From the NCBI GenBank assembly GCA_013265495.1, contig MU059256.1:5684473-5748472 (forward strand): 64,000 nt of DNA. The letters run 5' to 3'. The first letter of the stretch is position 1; every line of letters starts with the position of its first letter. Made by a program: the position numbers and the translations under genes. Below are positions 36,001 to 49,046 of this stretch, piece by piece. Source of the DNA: Vicugna vicugna. Its lineage: Eukaryota. The notes under the pieces are model-generated. The model made no database searches. It was not told the origin of the DNA and saw only the letters and a list, made by a program, of their open reading frames with translations.

Positions 36001-38119
36001 AGCCCTCTATAGGCCACTCGTCTGGGGAACCTTAGGGTTCAGGAGGGTCCCTTTCTTTGTCATCTTGATTGTAACCACAGGACAGCTCCTTGCCCCTCCC
36101 AGAGTCTGTCTTTTAACTTGATAGTTCTCCCTAACAGGTAGCACTAGATATGCAGATCGTGTGCACATCCCCAAGGCTCAGTCAACCATTCACTAGCTGT
36201 TCCAGGCGTTGAAGGTACAAGGCCACTGGGATATAAGATAAAGAGATGTCTTGGGCTCATAATCTGACTCTGAGCATCAGGAAAGATCTTGAAACCTTAT
36301 GCAATAGACATCTATCCTGTCCTGCCTGCCTACAGCTCTGCCCTGCCCCTTTTCCCCCTGCCCTGCCCCCCTTCTACCTTATTTGCTGGTGGGGAGGGAG
36401 TTGCATCCTGTCCTCACCATTTGCACACCCATTCACACCCCAATATGATCCCTCAGCTGTCAGAAAGGGAGGTAGCACCCCTTCCTAGGGCTGGAGACCC
36501 CCACAGTCAGCCCATTTCCTCCTGGGCCTCTGTGTGGGCCAGTGACCAGACTTGGAGAGTTGGAAGGGGAAGTGGTGTGACCTCCCTGCATTCCTGCAGC
36601 CATTATGCTTCTAGAGTGAGAGGACCTTACTCCTGGGGCCACATGCCTGGTCTCCTGACACCCAGTGCTCCTGCTTCTCCACAAAGCTGGCTCCTGAGAG
36701 GCCTGTGTGATTGCACAGAGTGGAGTCCTCAACCCTGAGAATCTGATGCAGGTTATGGAGACCTACCCAGACCCAGAGCCGCCCTTGTGCCCACATTGCT
36801 ATTTCAGAGAGGGTCTCAGATCCCAAGGTAGGAACCCCTGCTCTAAGTGAACTTGGCATGCTGCTGTTTCTTGGTGCCTGGGAGGTAGAAGGCACCCCAG
36901 GCCTCTCCAGCATCTCTGAGGTCCATAGGTGGCTTGGCCAGGCAACCCTGATGGGCTTGGTGCCCTGGCTTTTGGATGGCCCCAGACCAAGGGGAGCTGA
37001 GACTGCCAACCAAGGTGACTCTCGGGAGGCCAGAGCCATCCGAGCCCAGTGGGGCAGGACTATCCAGAGGCAGTGAGGTCCCAGGAAGGCAGACATTTTG
37101 AAAAGAGCCCAGAAGCTTCTGTAGGTATTGGTTTGGGGGAGTTGTCAGGTGCTGGTCAGGGTGTACAGGTCTGGAAAGCTCTAGCCATGTGCTGAATGGC
37201 CTTGCCGACTGCCCATATTGTTGGGAGCTGGTCAGCAGGTGCTGTTTTGGCTTCCTTTTCCCTATCAAGCGTGCTGGGAGTTGGAAGGGTGTTTGTATTC
37301 TGACAGCTCCCTGGCACCCGAAAGAACACACATCCCCTGTGCCTGGAACCTGTTTGCCCAATCCCCAGGAGAAAGCCGGAGTTAGTCCAGATCCCAGTGA
37401 GCCTCAGACTAAGGCTCCGTTGTCCTTGGTCCCCCACAGTGTGCCTGGAGAGGTGGGAGCAGCTGGTGGGAAACTCCTGCAGAGAGGCTGAGAGGGCCTG
37501 TAACCCCACAGTGATTTCCCCAGTTCTGCTTAGGCTGAGAGAGTGGAACTTACGGCTGAGCCAGAAGCTGGAAGCATCTCTGTCCTGGCCAGTGACACCA
37601 GCCAGGGTTGGTGCCTCACTGGGCACAACCAGAGCAGCAGCAGTCACAGCTCCTCTTCCCTTCAGATGCCCCCTCTGTGCTCTGGCCTCCTCCTTGGAGC
37701 ACCCCCAACCCTCAGTCTGCTGCAGCATGGGGCGCCAGGGAAGGAAGGGCACTGGGCTGGTAGGAGTCCAGAGGCCTCACTTTTCTAATCTTGTGTCTTC
37801 TGTCTAAATTTGCTCTGTGACCTTGGGCAGATCTCTTCACCTCTCTGGTTCTCTGGCATCAGTATAATGAAGGAGCTGAACAGGATGATCTTCTCGATCC
37901 AGTTCATATGATGATTTTGGCCATGTCTCAAGATTCCTATGCCTAAGCCTTAAACTCTCAACACGCTGGGAAAGTCTGGGCAAGAGAGGTCACGGGGCTG
38001 CCCCTGGGCCATGGCCAGCCATTCACTGAACACAGAAGAGAGGTGAACAGGAATATGGGGCATCTGGACCCCGTCCGCACGGAGCCCTGGCCAAAAGGCA
38101 TTGCTTTCTCTGTCTCCCA

Positions 38120-38595
38120 CGTCTCAGTTCATTCATTTGGTCTCTGAGGACTGATGGGGCATCTTCACGTGCTGGGTACTCCAGAGGTGGCCCAGGCAGA
38201 GAGGCCTTGCTCTCATGGAGCTTTCTGTCTATAGGAGGAGTCAGGCCATAAATAAGATCATCTCATTCTGGACAAGGACTGCGAGGAAGATAAAACTGGA
38301 TAGCGGATTAGAGAATAAAGCTGAAGGGAGAGGCCTCGCTTGAAGAGATAATTTTGAACTAGGATTAAATGACAAGAAGGATTCTTGAAAGGTCTGGGGA
38401 CAGTACATTCCAGACAGAGGTGAAAACCCTGCAGCTGGGGCAACCATGGCGTGTTCAGAGGCAAACAGAGGCCGCAAGAGGCATAGGAAATGACCTTGGA
38501 CAGGTGGGCAGTGGCCTTGCAGGCCATGGCAAGGAGTTTGGCCTGTAATCTGAGTGCAGTGGGGAGCCACTGGGGAGTTTAAGCCCAGGTTTAGT
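38120..38595 (-). mobile_element. L2 fragment
   Basis: ttcattcatt...gccttgctctcatggagctt...gccatggcaaggagtttgg..ggggagccactgg. Confidence 0.85.
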
Positions 38596-38599
38596 GACA

Positions 38600-38770
38600 C
38601 ATGTTTTGAGCATGTGCCGAGTACCAGGCATCATTCTTAGTCCCCGACGTGAGTTAGGTGATAACCCACGAGGTATTGTTGGGCTCACGGAGCAACACAG
38701 ATGAGGTCACCTGAATGGCTTAGTGCAGGCAGTGCTCAAACCCAGGCAGCCCGGCTCTTGGCTGTCATGT
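38600..38770 (-). mobile_element. MIR SINE
   Basis: gtgccgagtaccagg...gtattgttgggctcac..gcaacacagatgagg. Confidence 0.65.
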
Positions 38771-41700
38771 CACCCTGCGGAGGAGGCCCCCCAGGGCCTG
38801 CTCAGGTCTATGGCTGTTTCTCAGTCGTCTGAGTGGTCATGGAGCCCCAATGGGGTCCTGCGTGCCCAGGATGGGGAGCTGCTGGGGGTGGGGTTCCTGC
38901 TCAGTTGCTGTGTTGCATGTGATACCTGGCCGAGCAAGCCATGCATAGAAGTGGGCCTGCCAGGTACTTTCAAGGATGTGCAGCAAACGTGAGAACATGG
39001 CATGGGGGGCCTGGGAAGAGTCCACCAAGAGGCCCCTCTGAGCAGACGCAGGCAGCAGGGCTGCTGTGCCTCATTCTCACCAGCAGGCCCTGTGCCCAGA
39101 CATTGCTCCTGGCCTAGGAAGGGAGGATGAAGTCAGCTTCAGAGAGGGACTTTCATCATTCTTACCAAACCACTCCAAGTCCAGGGGGAGGCCGCCTAGC
39201 CGCCGGCAGTCCAAAGGCCCTTGGCCCTTCACTGGTGGCAGCATGAAACTTCCCAGTCAGTACGTTGAGTAGCCTCTCGTTTGGGCCTTTGACCCCTAAG
39301 GTGGCCCCTTCCCTTTGGGGACGGGGCTGCCTCTGTGTTGCTTTGGCCCTGACCAGTTCCTTTTCCCCGAGAGTGACCCTGCCCTCCTTAGCCGGTGGCC
39401 CTGAGCCGGGGCGGGGCCACTTCCCGCTGTTGGTGTGCGGCCTGGATCTGGGGTGGAGCCTCCGGCAGGGCAGGCGGGGAGGGCGGGCTAGCTCTGAGGA
39501 AGACAGGGCTGGGGCTCTGAGTTCCATCCACAGCTGTGCCGGCCCAGGGGCTGAAAGTGTGGCAGGCGCGGGGCAGGCCAAGCCCTGGAATGCGGAGCTT
39601 TGGGAAGCCAGGTCACAGTGGGTGCTGCGGGCTAACCTGGCTTCAATAAAAGCCTCATTCAGAGCCGCCAAACCCTTTCCATATGTGGGCCTTGGGGAAC
39701 TTCAGAGTTCTGAGGGGAGGGGAGGGGAGGCAAGCTGAGGCCAAGCGGCCTCATCCCGGGCTGGCTGGTCTGAAGAGGGTGCTAACCCTGCGGGGTGAGG
39801 GCTGGTGGGGCAGAGCTTGCTTGGCCTCCTGGTGAGGGCCAACCTCTGGGAGGACAGGGTGAGTTTACTGAGTCTGAGCTTGGTCTCCCCCAAGGCAGCT
39901 GCTGAGCCTGAGTCGGGATACAGGCCCTGCCCCCACCCCCCAACTCCGCCCGGCCCCTCTATGAGTTTCGAGCGAGTGGCCACGTTGACAGACTCCTCCA
40001 GTACCCTTCCCAAGGGCGGGAGAGGCAGGCTCTTGGCAGCGCTGCTGTCAGCCCTTCCATGCCTCTCACGCCTGTGGTCTGTCCCAATGACAGGCTGGCC
40101 TTGGTGTCCCAAGGGGACCCAGCCCAGAGCATGTGGATGCACTTGGCGGAGGGCAGAGGAAGGCCAGCTGGGCCTACCACCATGGCCGCCGCCCTGGGAG
40201 CCACAGGAAATGTACCCCCATCAGACAAGACACCCAGCTCAGGGCCTGGTCTCCACAGCCCAGCAGTCAGCCTCTGGCAGGGTCCCCAAACACAGCCGGA
40301 CACCTGCCTTCTATTCAGTGTCCTTTTCACCAATAAGGGTGACAACTTCAGTTACGCTTGTTTACTGCAGTTAGTTTTTATTAGCCCTAAAGACAACTCT
40401 GGGCTTTGAGTGAAGTCCATGCCACCACCCAGGACAGGCCCAGGATGCCAGGCGCTGGGCTCAGAGGACAGAGGGTGGAGCCGGGCCCAGGAGGTCTGGG
40501 ATCAGGGGTGGCATCCAGGGATGTGGGCTTCTCAGGGCTTTGGGGCCTGGGCTGTGGCAATGACACTGTGAGGTTTTAAGGGAAGGGGGTCAGCAGCAAG
40601 GGGCTGTGAAGAGGGAAGTGGGGGCCCGGGGAGCCCTGGTGAATGAATACTGTTTTCATGTCCCTGTCACCCATCGAGCCCCCGCGTCACATCCCAGAGT
40701 AACACTGCCGCTGCTCTGGGCCTGTGCCTCCCTCCGCTGGGACTGTAGCTGCTGGTGCTGAAGGGTTATCCCCACTATACAGATGGGGCCTCCACAGCCC
40801 CCACCTTGTAAATTAAAGGAGCCCATGGGAAGGTGCAGTAGCAGAAATCAGCAGACTTTCAGGTGGGCTGCGGGTGTCGGGCGGTGGGAGGACTGTGCCA
40901 TCAGAAGGACCTGGGTTTGAACATGGGCTCTGTTGCCTTCTAGAGGGAGCAGGAAGGGGGCCCCCAAACTCTCATGTGCCTCCTAAATCCCGAGCACTGG
41001 GAGGTGGCCATGAACAGCCCTTGAGCCAGAGGGGAGGAGAATGTTGGGGTCCCCTGCCCCAGGCTGGTGAGAAAGGGCCAGAGGAAGGGCTTAGACCTTT
41101 CAGAGGGGACCCCTGAGGATGTTCTGAAAACCAAGGCAGCACTCACCATCTGGAGCAGCCTCCCCTGCCTGCAGGTCCTCACACCCTCTCAGCCCCCGCA
41201 AAGCCGGGAAGCCTACTTCCTGTCCTAAATGTGAGGCTGCTGAGGCCCAGAAAGTGAGGCGGGCTCCCCAGCCACCTGCCAGATTCTCTCTGAGACACTG
41301 TGGACTCTTTCCCTGGGATGCAGGACTCCTCCCAGTGTTGGAGGGAACCTGGTGGTTCTCTTGTGGACATCAGTCCACAGAGCAGTCGTTTCTCCTCGGG
41401 AGAGGTCTGGATGTGCGGCCATGACCTGACCAGGTCTAAATGCAAAGGCAAAACGGACATAATTGAGCCGCTCCCAGTAGCTGTGTTCGGCCCACTCGTT
41501 TATAACTTTCTCTGGGTTGTTCTCTGGGCTGCTTGTCTCCTGCCTGTGCCCCACCTTGGTAGAGAGCCCCACTGTATTTCTGTTACCTGTGCAATGAAGG
41601 AGGGGCCCTCCAGAGTCTCCCCAGCCTGACCCTTCACAACCCCATCATCTCCTTCCCTACAGGTGATCTGGTGGTCCCCATGTACCTGCTCCCCAGGCTG

Positions 41701-42504
41701 GGGGACAGCACCTCTCTGCTGGGCCCAGAGGGTGAGTGGTCAGGTGTTCTTGTCCACTGATATCCAGGGGGCTGGCTCCTCCGCCCCCAGCACTAATCTA
41801 ATCAGGAAATAGCAAAGTCCACATTTCCCAGGGGTTATAAATAACCACAGCAATTCAGACAGCATCATTTCTCTGGAAAATGTGCCATGTCCCTCTCTGC
41901 ACCCTCCCTTCTCTGTATTTAAATGACGTCCTGAAATAGACTTGGTTTCTGGAGGCTGCTGGCCTCCTGGGAAACAGAGCTTCATTGTCGGGCGCCAAGG
42001 GGCTGGGCAGGCCTCCCCACGCAGGTACCAGGGCTGCACCTGCAGAGGGGATCTGGCGTAGGGCCGTGGTGGGACTCACAGTAAAACAGGACAGTGCCAC
42101 CTGACCCAGACCTGGTCTCGGACAGACTGAAACAATAAACGGTGCAGGGAAAAAGGATCCTGGTGCAACAGGAAGGTGGAGGGGAACTGAAGATCCCTGA
42201 GGTCGGGAGTTATCCAGGAAGCCTTTCTGGAGGAAGCAGTGCTGAGACTGGGCCTGCTAAGGCCCTCTCAGATGCTCCCAGGAAAAGTAGGGTTGCTACT
42301 TGGCAGCTAGTACAGAAGCGATGGGGAGAGAAGGAATGGAAGAGTTGTACTGGAGGCGGCCTGCCAGCACGCAGGTCAGCTGGCGGTGCCAGACTGTGGA
42401 GGCCTCATGCCTCCTCTCTAGATAAATAATGGTCACAGCAGCTGACCTGTGGCCAAGAAGCGTGGGCGCCAAGCCAGGTGCTGTGCACGGGATCGTGCAG
42501 GTTT

Positions 42505-42900
42505 AGCAGAGGTGAGCAGGGAGACTTGATTTTGAGCTCCTGCTCTCCCTTCCTAGATGTGTGGTCCTGGGCAAATTCCTGATCCTCTTTGTGCCTCGGT
42601 GTCCTTGTCTGTAGAAATGGGAGCAGCTAGAAAGGCTTAAACCTCACAGATTTGTGATGATTATTGAGATGCTGTCTGTATGGGGTTTGTCACAGCACTA
42701 GACTTGCAGGAAGTGCTCCCAGCGCATCAGTCGCTGTTACTGTTTTCTATGACAACGCTCTGAGGCAGGCATGGACACCCCTGTGAGGAAATTGAGGTTC
42801 CAGGAGGGTAAGTGACTTGCCCAGATTCACACAGTTGAGTGGAAGAGTGAACATTTGGACCCAGGTTGGTCTTTCAATCCCTGCACTTTCCCCACTCAGG
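42505..42900. mobile_element. MIR (+, about 42505-42740) followed by MIR (-, about 42745-42900)
   Basis: gtgtggtcctgggcaaat..ctctttgtgcctcggt..tctgtagaaatggg; then gaggaaattgaggttcc..aagtgacttgccca. Confidence 0.8.
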
Positions 42901-43667
42901 CTACATCCACGTGCCACTCCAGGACCCAGGGTGGGACCACCGGCTCAGTCCATGACAGCTGCCAGGAGGTGCCAGGTCATGGGAGGCTAGGCAGGAGGAG
43001 GTGCACTGGGGGCCAGAACCACGGATGGCCTGAGGCTTATGCTGATGCCTGGAGAGACCCACATTAAAAGGGGTGGTCCCTCCAGAATGTGTCCCAAGGG
43101 TAGCATCTGCCTCAGGCCACAAGGAGCAATGGCCATCTCTGCTCCAGGTGGCCACTGCTGCAGATAGGGCTGGGGACAGACCCAGGCCCTGTGTCCAAGA
43201 CCCAGCATTCTGGAGGGGATGAAGGACCTGTAAGGGGCAGTCTGTGTTATGGGCCCGGTGAGGGTTGGGACAGAAAGTTTAGGGGAGGAAGGTCTGAGTG
43301 ACCCAGGAGGAGTTGGTCCTGAGTCCTTTGGAATAGAGAGCCCGGGCAGCAGGCCGGGGAGTCCCACACACTTCCCTCTTATGAGGAGGTAGTGGCGAGG
43401 GGTGCTTGGTCCTCTCCACACTGCTCCCCCTTTGTCCTGTTCTCATCCCTCCTCCGAGCAGGGAACTGACTGTTCAAGGCTGGGCTGGGGCCCAGATGCG
43501 GGCCCCAGACCCCATCAGAGTCTTGGGTGGCCCCTGTCCTCAGCTGGTGTGTGGGTGATGGAAGGTGTAGGAAGGACTTACCTTGAGCTGTAAGAAGCCC
43601 TGGGACCCAGCTCCCCTGAGCTGACCCAGGTCCGGCTTTCCAATGTGAGGAGGGCCTGTTAACGCAG

Positions 43668-44868
43668 CAGTGCTCTGCACTGGGGGTGCACAGTCCAGGG
43701 GTGCGTGGGCAGGGGAGTTTTAAGGGAATCAGTTTGCAGGTCCTCAACTCCTTTAAGTGCTATTGTGAGAAAGCAATCGAACAGAGAAGGGCTTTGCACC
43801 ATCACCTCTCCCTCCCTCCGGCTCGCTGGGGGGGCTCGGCCCAGGGTGCCAGACCTCCTGGGTGGCAGGCGAAGGGGCTGCTTGAAATGCTGGTGCAGGA
43901 GTTGAGAAAGTAGAAGACTAATGGCTGGGTTACAGATCATTTCACAAGTCACATGGTTTCTGGTTCTTTCTGTCCACAAAAGTGATGGACACTCAGCTGA
44001 GAGATCATTTCAAATAAATATTGATAATAGGTATATATGTACTTTAAGGCAAATAATGAAGAAAGAGGTTAAAGGATTGCAAACATTGCTATAATAAAAC
44101 TATTTTCAGCCCCATGTACTTAGTTATGTGAACAAGATGTTTCATCCTTTACATCTTTAAAAACCAAACCAAAGAGAACAGTAATGATGCTAAAACGCAT
44201 TTCACCCTAGCAAAAAATAATATTCATATATATATATATATACAGAAAAAAAATGTTCTACCTGCCTCATTAAGAGATGCAGTTCCACCAAAATGGTTCT
44301 TTGCTGCTGAATATTTATTAAAGTTTGTAATGTGTTGGTTACCTTTTTGATTGTGTACTGTTAATCATTGTAATAACTAATCCAGGATATGCTTTGAACA
44401 TTTGGAGTCTTGTGGTCTCAGGAAAATTTTCATTTCCATTTATACAGACATTTTTGTTGAAGCAAAATATAATAGGGTGAGGAATAAAAGACTTTTAAAA
44501 AGAAAAATACAAACTAGGACATAATTCTTTGGGAGAAATAGACTAGAAACACAAATTCAAGGAGAAAAAGAAATGTTGCTGGGTTTCTACAAGCGAAAGG
44601 AGAACTTGCTTATGTGTTTTTTAAATGGATGATGGCGGGTATCAAATCACTATGGTATTTGGATTCTATGGAATACATTTAAAAGAATGATGTAACAGTT
44701 TTATTTTAAGATGTAAATATTTACATTATTCTGAACATTATAGTCTTTGCAGCTATTTAAACTTACTTTGGAAATATTCAGGTGTTGACTTTAAAATGTG
44801 CCAGGGTGTGCATTGTTTTTCAAAGTGACTTTTTGGATGCACACAGGAAAACAGTTTGAAGGCCACTG
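43668..44868 (+). mobile_element. hAT-Charlie DNA transposon relic (about 1.2 kb) with a degenerate transposase C-terminus
   Basis: CAGTG...CACTG ends; 44079-44168 translates to ANIAIIKLFSAPCT*LCEQDVSSFTSLKTK, resembling the hAT dimerisation motif (..TYLCEQGFS..K). Confidence 0.8.
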
Positions 44869-45009
44869 AGTCAGAGGAATGGAGTCCTTGGTTGGTCGCC
44901 TGTGAGGGATGCCCCTGGACCTCCCCTGTCGTCCCCACCTGCCTGGGGTTCCTGCCCAGTTTGGGGGCCTCCTCACTCTACAGAGTGTTTGCTTCCTGGG
45001 AAACCAACC

Positions 45010-45350
45010 ACTTACCCCAGGTTATCTCACTGAGTCTTCACAACAATCCAGCAAGGCAGGTTCTATTACTGGCTGCAGTGAACGAGTAAAACAAATGAGG
45101 TTTGGTGAGCTTAAACCTTCCCAAGGTCACCAGTGGCAGAACTGGGATTCAGTTTATGTCTATGTGGCAGCCCCTCCCGTTCAGCACCATGTGCATGGGC
45201 TACATCCCCTCCCGTCAACTCCAATTCTGGCAGTTGAGCAAGTTGCTTATGCTTTGTGAGCCTCAGTTTCTGCATCTATAAAATGGGATGATAATACCCA
45301 TCTCACAGGGTGGGGTCAGGAGTGAGTGAGATGTGGTGGGCGAATGTGCC
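45010..45350. mobile_element. MIR (-) and MIR (+) fragments
   Basis: cttcacaacaatcc..cccaaggtcac; gagcctcagtttctgcatctataaaatgggatgataata. Confidence 0.8.
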
Positions 45351-45592
45351 TAAGAATGCACCCACCTTCTTCCCAGAACTGAGGGGGAGTCCTTCATTTG
45401 GCCAGGCAGGAAGGGCCGAGGGGCTGGAGCCCCATGAAGGGCTGATGTCAAGCTAAGCATCAGCCCCCAGTTCTGCCTTCCTGACCTTTTACCAACTTCC
45501 AGGCAGCTGCCGACCAGCAGGGAGAGCTCTGGCTTGGTCTCTGAGCTGTCATCTCTCTCTCCCTCACATTCTTTTTCTTTCTTTCTCTGCAG

Positions 45593-45652
45593 TTGGATCC
45601 ACAAACTGTTGAAACCAAGAACTGGCACACGGATGTGATTGAGATGAATGGG
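45593..45652 (+). CDS. ABR: ABR exon 17: [20 protein letters not shown]
   Basis: Long pyrimidine tract + ctgcag / gtgagc; 60 nt. Confidence 0.97.
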
Positions 45653-45913
45653 GTGAGCCCGGAGAGACTGGAAGGGTCTGCACAGTGGGTGGGCAGCCCG
45701 ACCCATGGCTGGCACCCTCGGGGAGCTGTCCCATCCCTGCCCCCTTAGCCCAGCCCCTTTCCCCTCTCCTCTGCCCACCTTCCTGCCCCCACCCTGCAGG
45801 TGTTTCAGGGAGCCCCAGGTGGCAGAGGCAGCCCTTGTTTGCAATCCTGGGGGCCCCTGTGTTTGGGGGGCACTCATGTCCTGAGAGATTGTGATTGCCT
45901 CGCCCCCAAACAG

Positions 45914-46023
45914 ATCAAAGTGGAATTCTCCATGAAATTCACCAGCCGAGACATGAGCCTGAAGAGGACTCCGTCCAAAAAGCAGACCGGCGTCTTCGGG
46001 GTGAAGATCAGCGTGGTGACCAA
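45914..46023 (+). CDS. ABR: ABR exon 18: [36 protein letters not shown](K)
   Basis: aaacag / gtaggt; 110 nt. Confidence 0.97.
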
Positions 46024-46721
46024 GTAGGTGCTGCGCCCGGGGTCCCTGCCAGCCTCGCCGTCCAGGCTCCCCTGCCCGTGTCTGGTCCCTCATCAATCAC
46101 CCTCCAGCTCAGTAGTCACAATAGCCAGTTTGGAGGGCAAAAGTGGCCCACTGAGGTGTGTTCTCTGCCTCACACAATGCCTTAGAAATAAATGAGCCGG
46201 CATTTAATTGTTGGGAAAAGGCATGTGAAAATCCCCGATTGTCAGCTTCTTATAGTAAGTGGGAAGGTATGACAAGGTAGGCCTGCATCTTGGCTTGGCA
46301 GCGGCAGGCTGGAGTCTAAGAGGTGGCTTTCCCCTGGGAAAGGGCATCCTTCAGCTCTCCTCCCCTTGTCTCCAGGACCCAGCCCACCCCCCTCTGTAGG
46401 TGACCTGCTGGGTCCCCTGTAGCATTTGAATCTGGGACTTCTGATCTGAGGAACACTCTTTCTTCAGTCTTTGGGTTGATCTCCTAAAACTTTCTCCCAC
46501 CTTTGTCCCCTGCTGTCCCTCAGCACGCAAGCCTTGGGCAAGCTGTGGGGGTGGGAGGTGGGGGTGGCAATGGCCTCTTTCTTAGCCCTTTCCTGCCACC
46601 GCCTCCCCTCGATCCCAGAGGCCAGAGCTCTCTGATGCCAAGGTTTGCGGAGAGGGGCTACATATAGTATCACTGGGGGCCTCCGTCCACCCTCCCTCCC
46701 CTCACATCTCCTCCCTGCCAG

Positions 46722-46861
46722 GCGGGAGCGCTCCAAGGTGCCCTACATCGTCCGGCAGTGTGTGGAGGAGGTGGAGAAGCGGGGCATCGAGGAGGTCGGC
46801 ATCTACCGGATATCAGGGGTGGCCACAGACATCCAGGCGCTGAAGGCCGTCTTTGATGCCA
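46722..46861 (+). CDS. ABR: ABR exon 19 (RhoGAP, catalytic GIYR arginine finger): [46 protein letters not shown]
   Basis: ctgccag / gtgagt; 140 nt. Confidence 0.97.
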
Positions 46862-48001
46862 GTGAGTCTGGGAGGCCCAGTCGGGCAGCGGCGGGGAGAG
46901 GATGCTCTAGCAAGTTCGGAGGGCTGGGAGGGCGCACAGTGGAAGTAGGAGGCTTCCCCGTGGAGAGTCCCAACTAGCTGCTGGCAGAGGGGCCTTGGTC
47001 TGCGAACTGCAGTCCAGCGTGGCGTGGGCTGAACCATTTCCGAGTCCCTGGGTGAGGCCTCTTCCTGCATCTTCTCATGTCATCCCCTCCCCTCCAATCT
47101 CTCATCCATTGCTACAGATAAGAAACCTGAGCCTCACAGGGGTCAAGTCACTGGTCTAGGATACCCAGCTTATAAGCTTTGAGCCTGATTTAAACTCAGA
47201 TCTTTCTGACTCAAGAGTCTGTTCCTGGCTTTCTTGCTAGGTCCCCAGTGCCTGGCAGGCTGTACCAAAACCAAAGGGCTCTGAGCCCGGGCTGGCTGGC
47301 TTGGGCACCCCACCTTCTCCAGGGTCCTGGGTGCCCTCTGGGGGGGGGCATTGCTGCCTCTCACTTTGACTGAAAACTCCTTGGTGGTGGGGCCTGACCT
47401 TTCTGGTTCTCCCCACCCCTGCCCTATCCCGCTGGTCAGGCTGCAGCCGCAGCACCCCCAGTAGTCAGGACGTGCGAACTGGCTGGGCAGTGCTGATTCT
47501 GTGGGAAATGAGAGGGGGCCCAGTGGGTGTCCCTGGAAAGCTGTCAAGCAGACTTGTCTGGGGAGCCCGGGGTAGGGAGCTGGGGACATGCTGGCACATG
47601 GCTCCTCTGCATCACCTGGAAGCTGAGGCTTTGTCAGAACATGATTTTAGCTACAAAAAATATGCAGTGCCTTCCCAGGAGGGGCTCAAAAGCAGGGAGA
47701 TTCCAGTTGGAAGGAGGGTGTGTGACATGTGGTAGGAACGTGGCTTCAGGACTCTGGATGATGAACTATGCTGCCCCCTCCCACCCCCGCGGACTAGAGT
47801 CACACACCACCTGCAGGCACTCCCTACATCCTCCTGCCTTTCCTGGGGAGACCAGACCAGAGATGTAGTAGGAGGGTACCCCAGGCAGGCTGTCTTAAGA
47901 TGGATAGTGGACAAAAAGGGCTACCTGCCCAGTGGAGGGCTATGTTGGGGAGGGAGGTGGCTGAGGCACCCGCCACCCCTGACCTCCCGCCTCCCCTACA
48001 G

Positions 48002-48136
48002 ATAACAAGGACATCCTGCTGATGCTGAGTGACATGGACATCAACGCCATTGCTGGCACCCTCAAGCTCTACTTCCGGGAGCTGCCCGAGCCCCTCCTCA
48101 CAGACCGACTTTACCCAGCCTTCATGGAGGGCATCG
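48002..48136 (+). CDS. ABR: ABR exon 20 (RhoGAP): (N)[44 protein letters not shown]
   Basis: cctacag / gtgagg; 135 nt; [11 protein letters not shown] RhoGAP motif. Confidence 0.97.
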
Positions 48137-49046
48137 GTGAGGCCCCGGTGGACCTGAGGGCTAGGCCTCCCTGACCAGCAGAGTAAAGAGCAAGAGAGGA
48201 GATCTGTGGCTTCCCCTGCTTGTTGATGTGCCCAGTGCACTGCAGTCACGTGGCTGAGTGGCCTGGAGGGTGAGGTGTGGCCTGTGGGGGCCTGATCCGG
48301 AGGCTAGAGCCTCTCTCCCCTCTTGTCCCTATGGGCTGCCCTCTGTGCCTCCTCCTTGGACACTGACCTCCTTGCTTAGAAACCCAGGATCCAGGGAAAT
48401 CTTCCTTGAGGTGGGTGGTCAGGGGCTGGTGCCCCGGGGCCAAGGAGAAGCCTGGTTAGGGCTGGAGCGCGCTTGACACAGCTGCTCCCTAGACTTCCAG
48501 AAGGAGTGTTGTCTCATCTCTCCTGTGCCCAGGGTGGGGAGGAAGCTGAGGGCCCTGGCCGGCAGGGCTCTGGCCTCCATCACCTGGGCCAAATCCAGGC
48601 CTGGGCGCATCCCTCATCTTCTCCTGGGGCAGGTCAGGGCTTCAGTCACTACAGGAAATGAGGAGCCCATGGAAGGCTGCTCACTGTCAGGCTCTGGCAA
48701 CAGAGGTGCTTAAAAAAGAGAGAATATTTGCACTGATGGCATCATTGTGTTAAACTCAGCCTTACAAGACCAGGGATGGGGAATGGCTCCAGCCCCAAAG
48801 ACCCCTGCAGTGAGGGGAGGAAAGGTGTCTGCTCCCCACTAGCCAGCCTCCTGGCTGAGTTACAGGTTGTGAGTGGGGCCTCCTTTAGGAACCTACTAAT
48901 AGTCCATCCTTGGGAAAATACCAGGCCCTTCCCTGCAGGGTCTGCTCCCCTGACCCCCTGCAGCCTCTCCCTCAGGGTCCTGCAGCCTCCTGACCACAGG
49001 GCGCTGGCCAGAGCCTCCCCACCTGGGAGCCGAGCCCCGCCCTAGC

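Noticed and set aside
34000-40000. Orthologue of the human intronic MIR3183
   Set aside because: No match to the mature sequence as I recall it; probably primate-specific
45350-46096. 248-aa minus-strand ORF
   Set aside because: Antisense shadow of ABR exons 17-18 plus GC-rich intron
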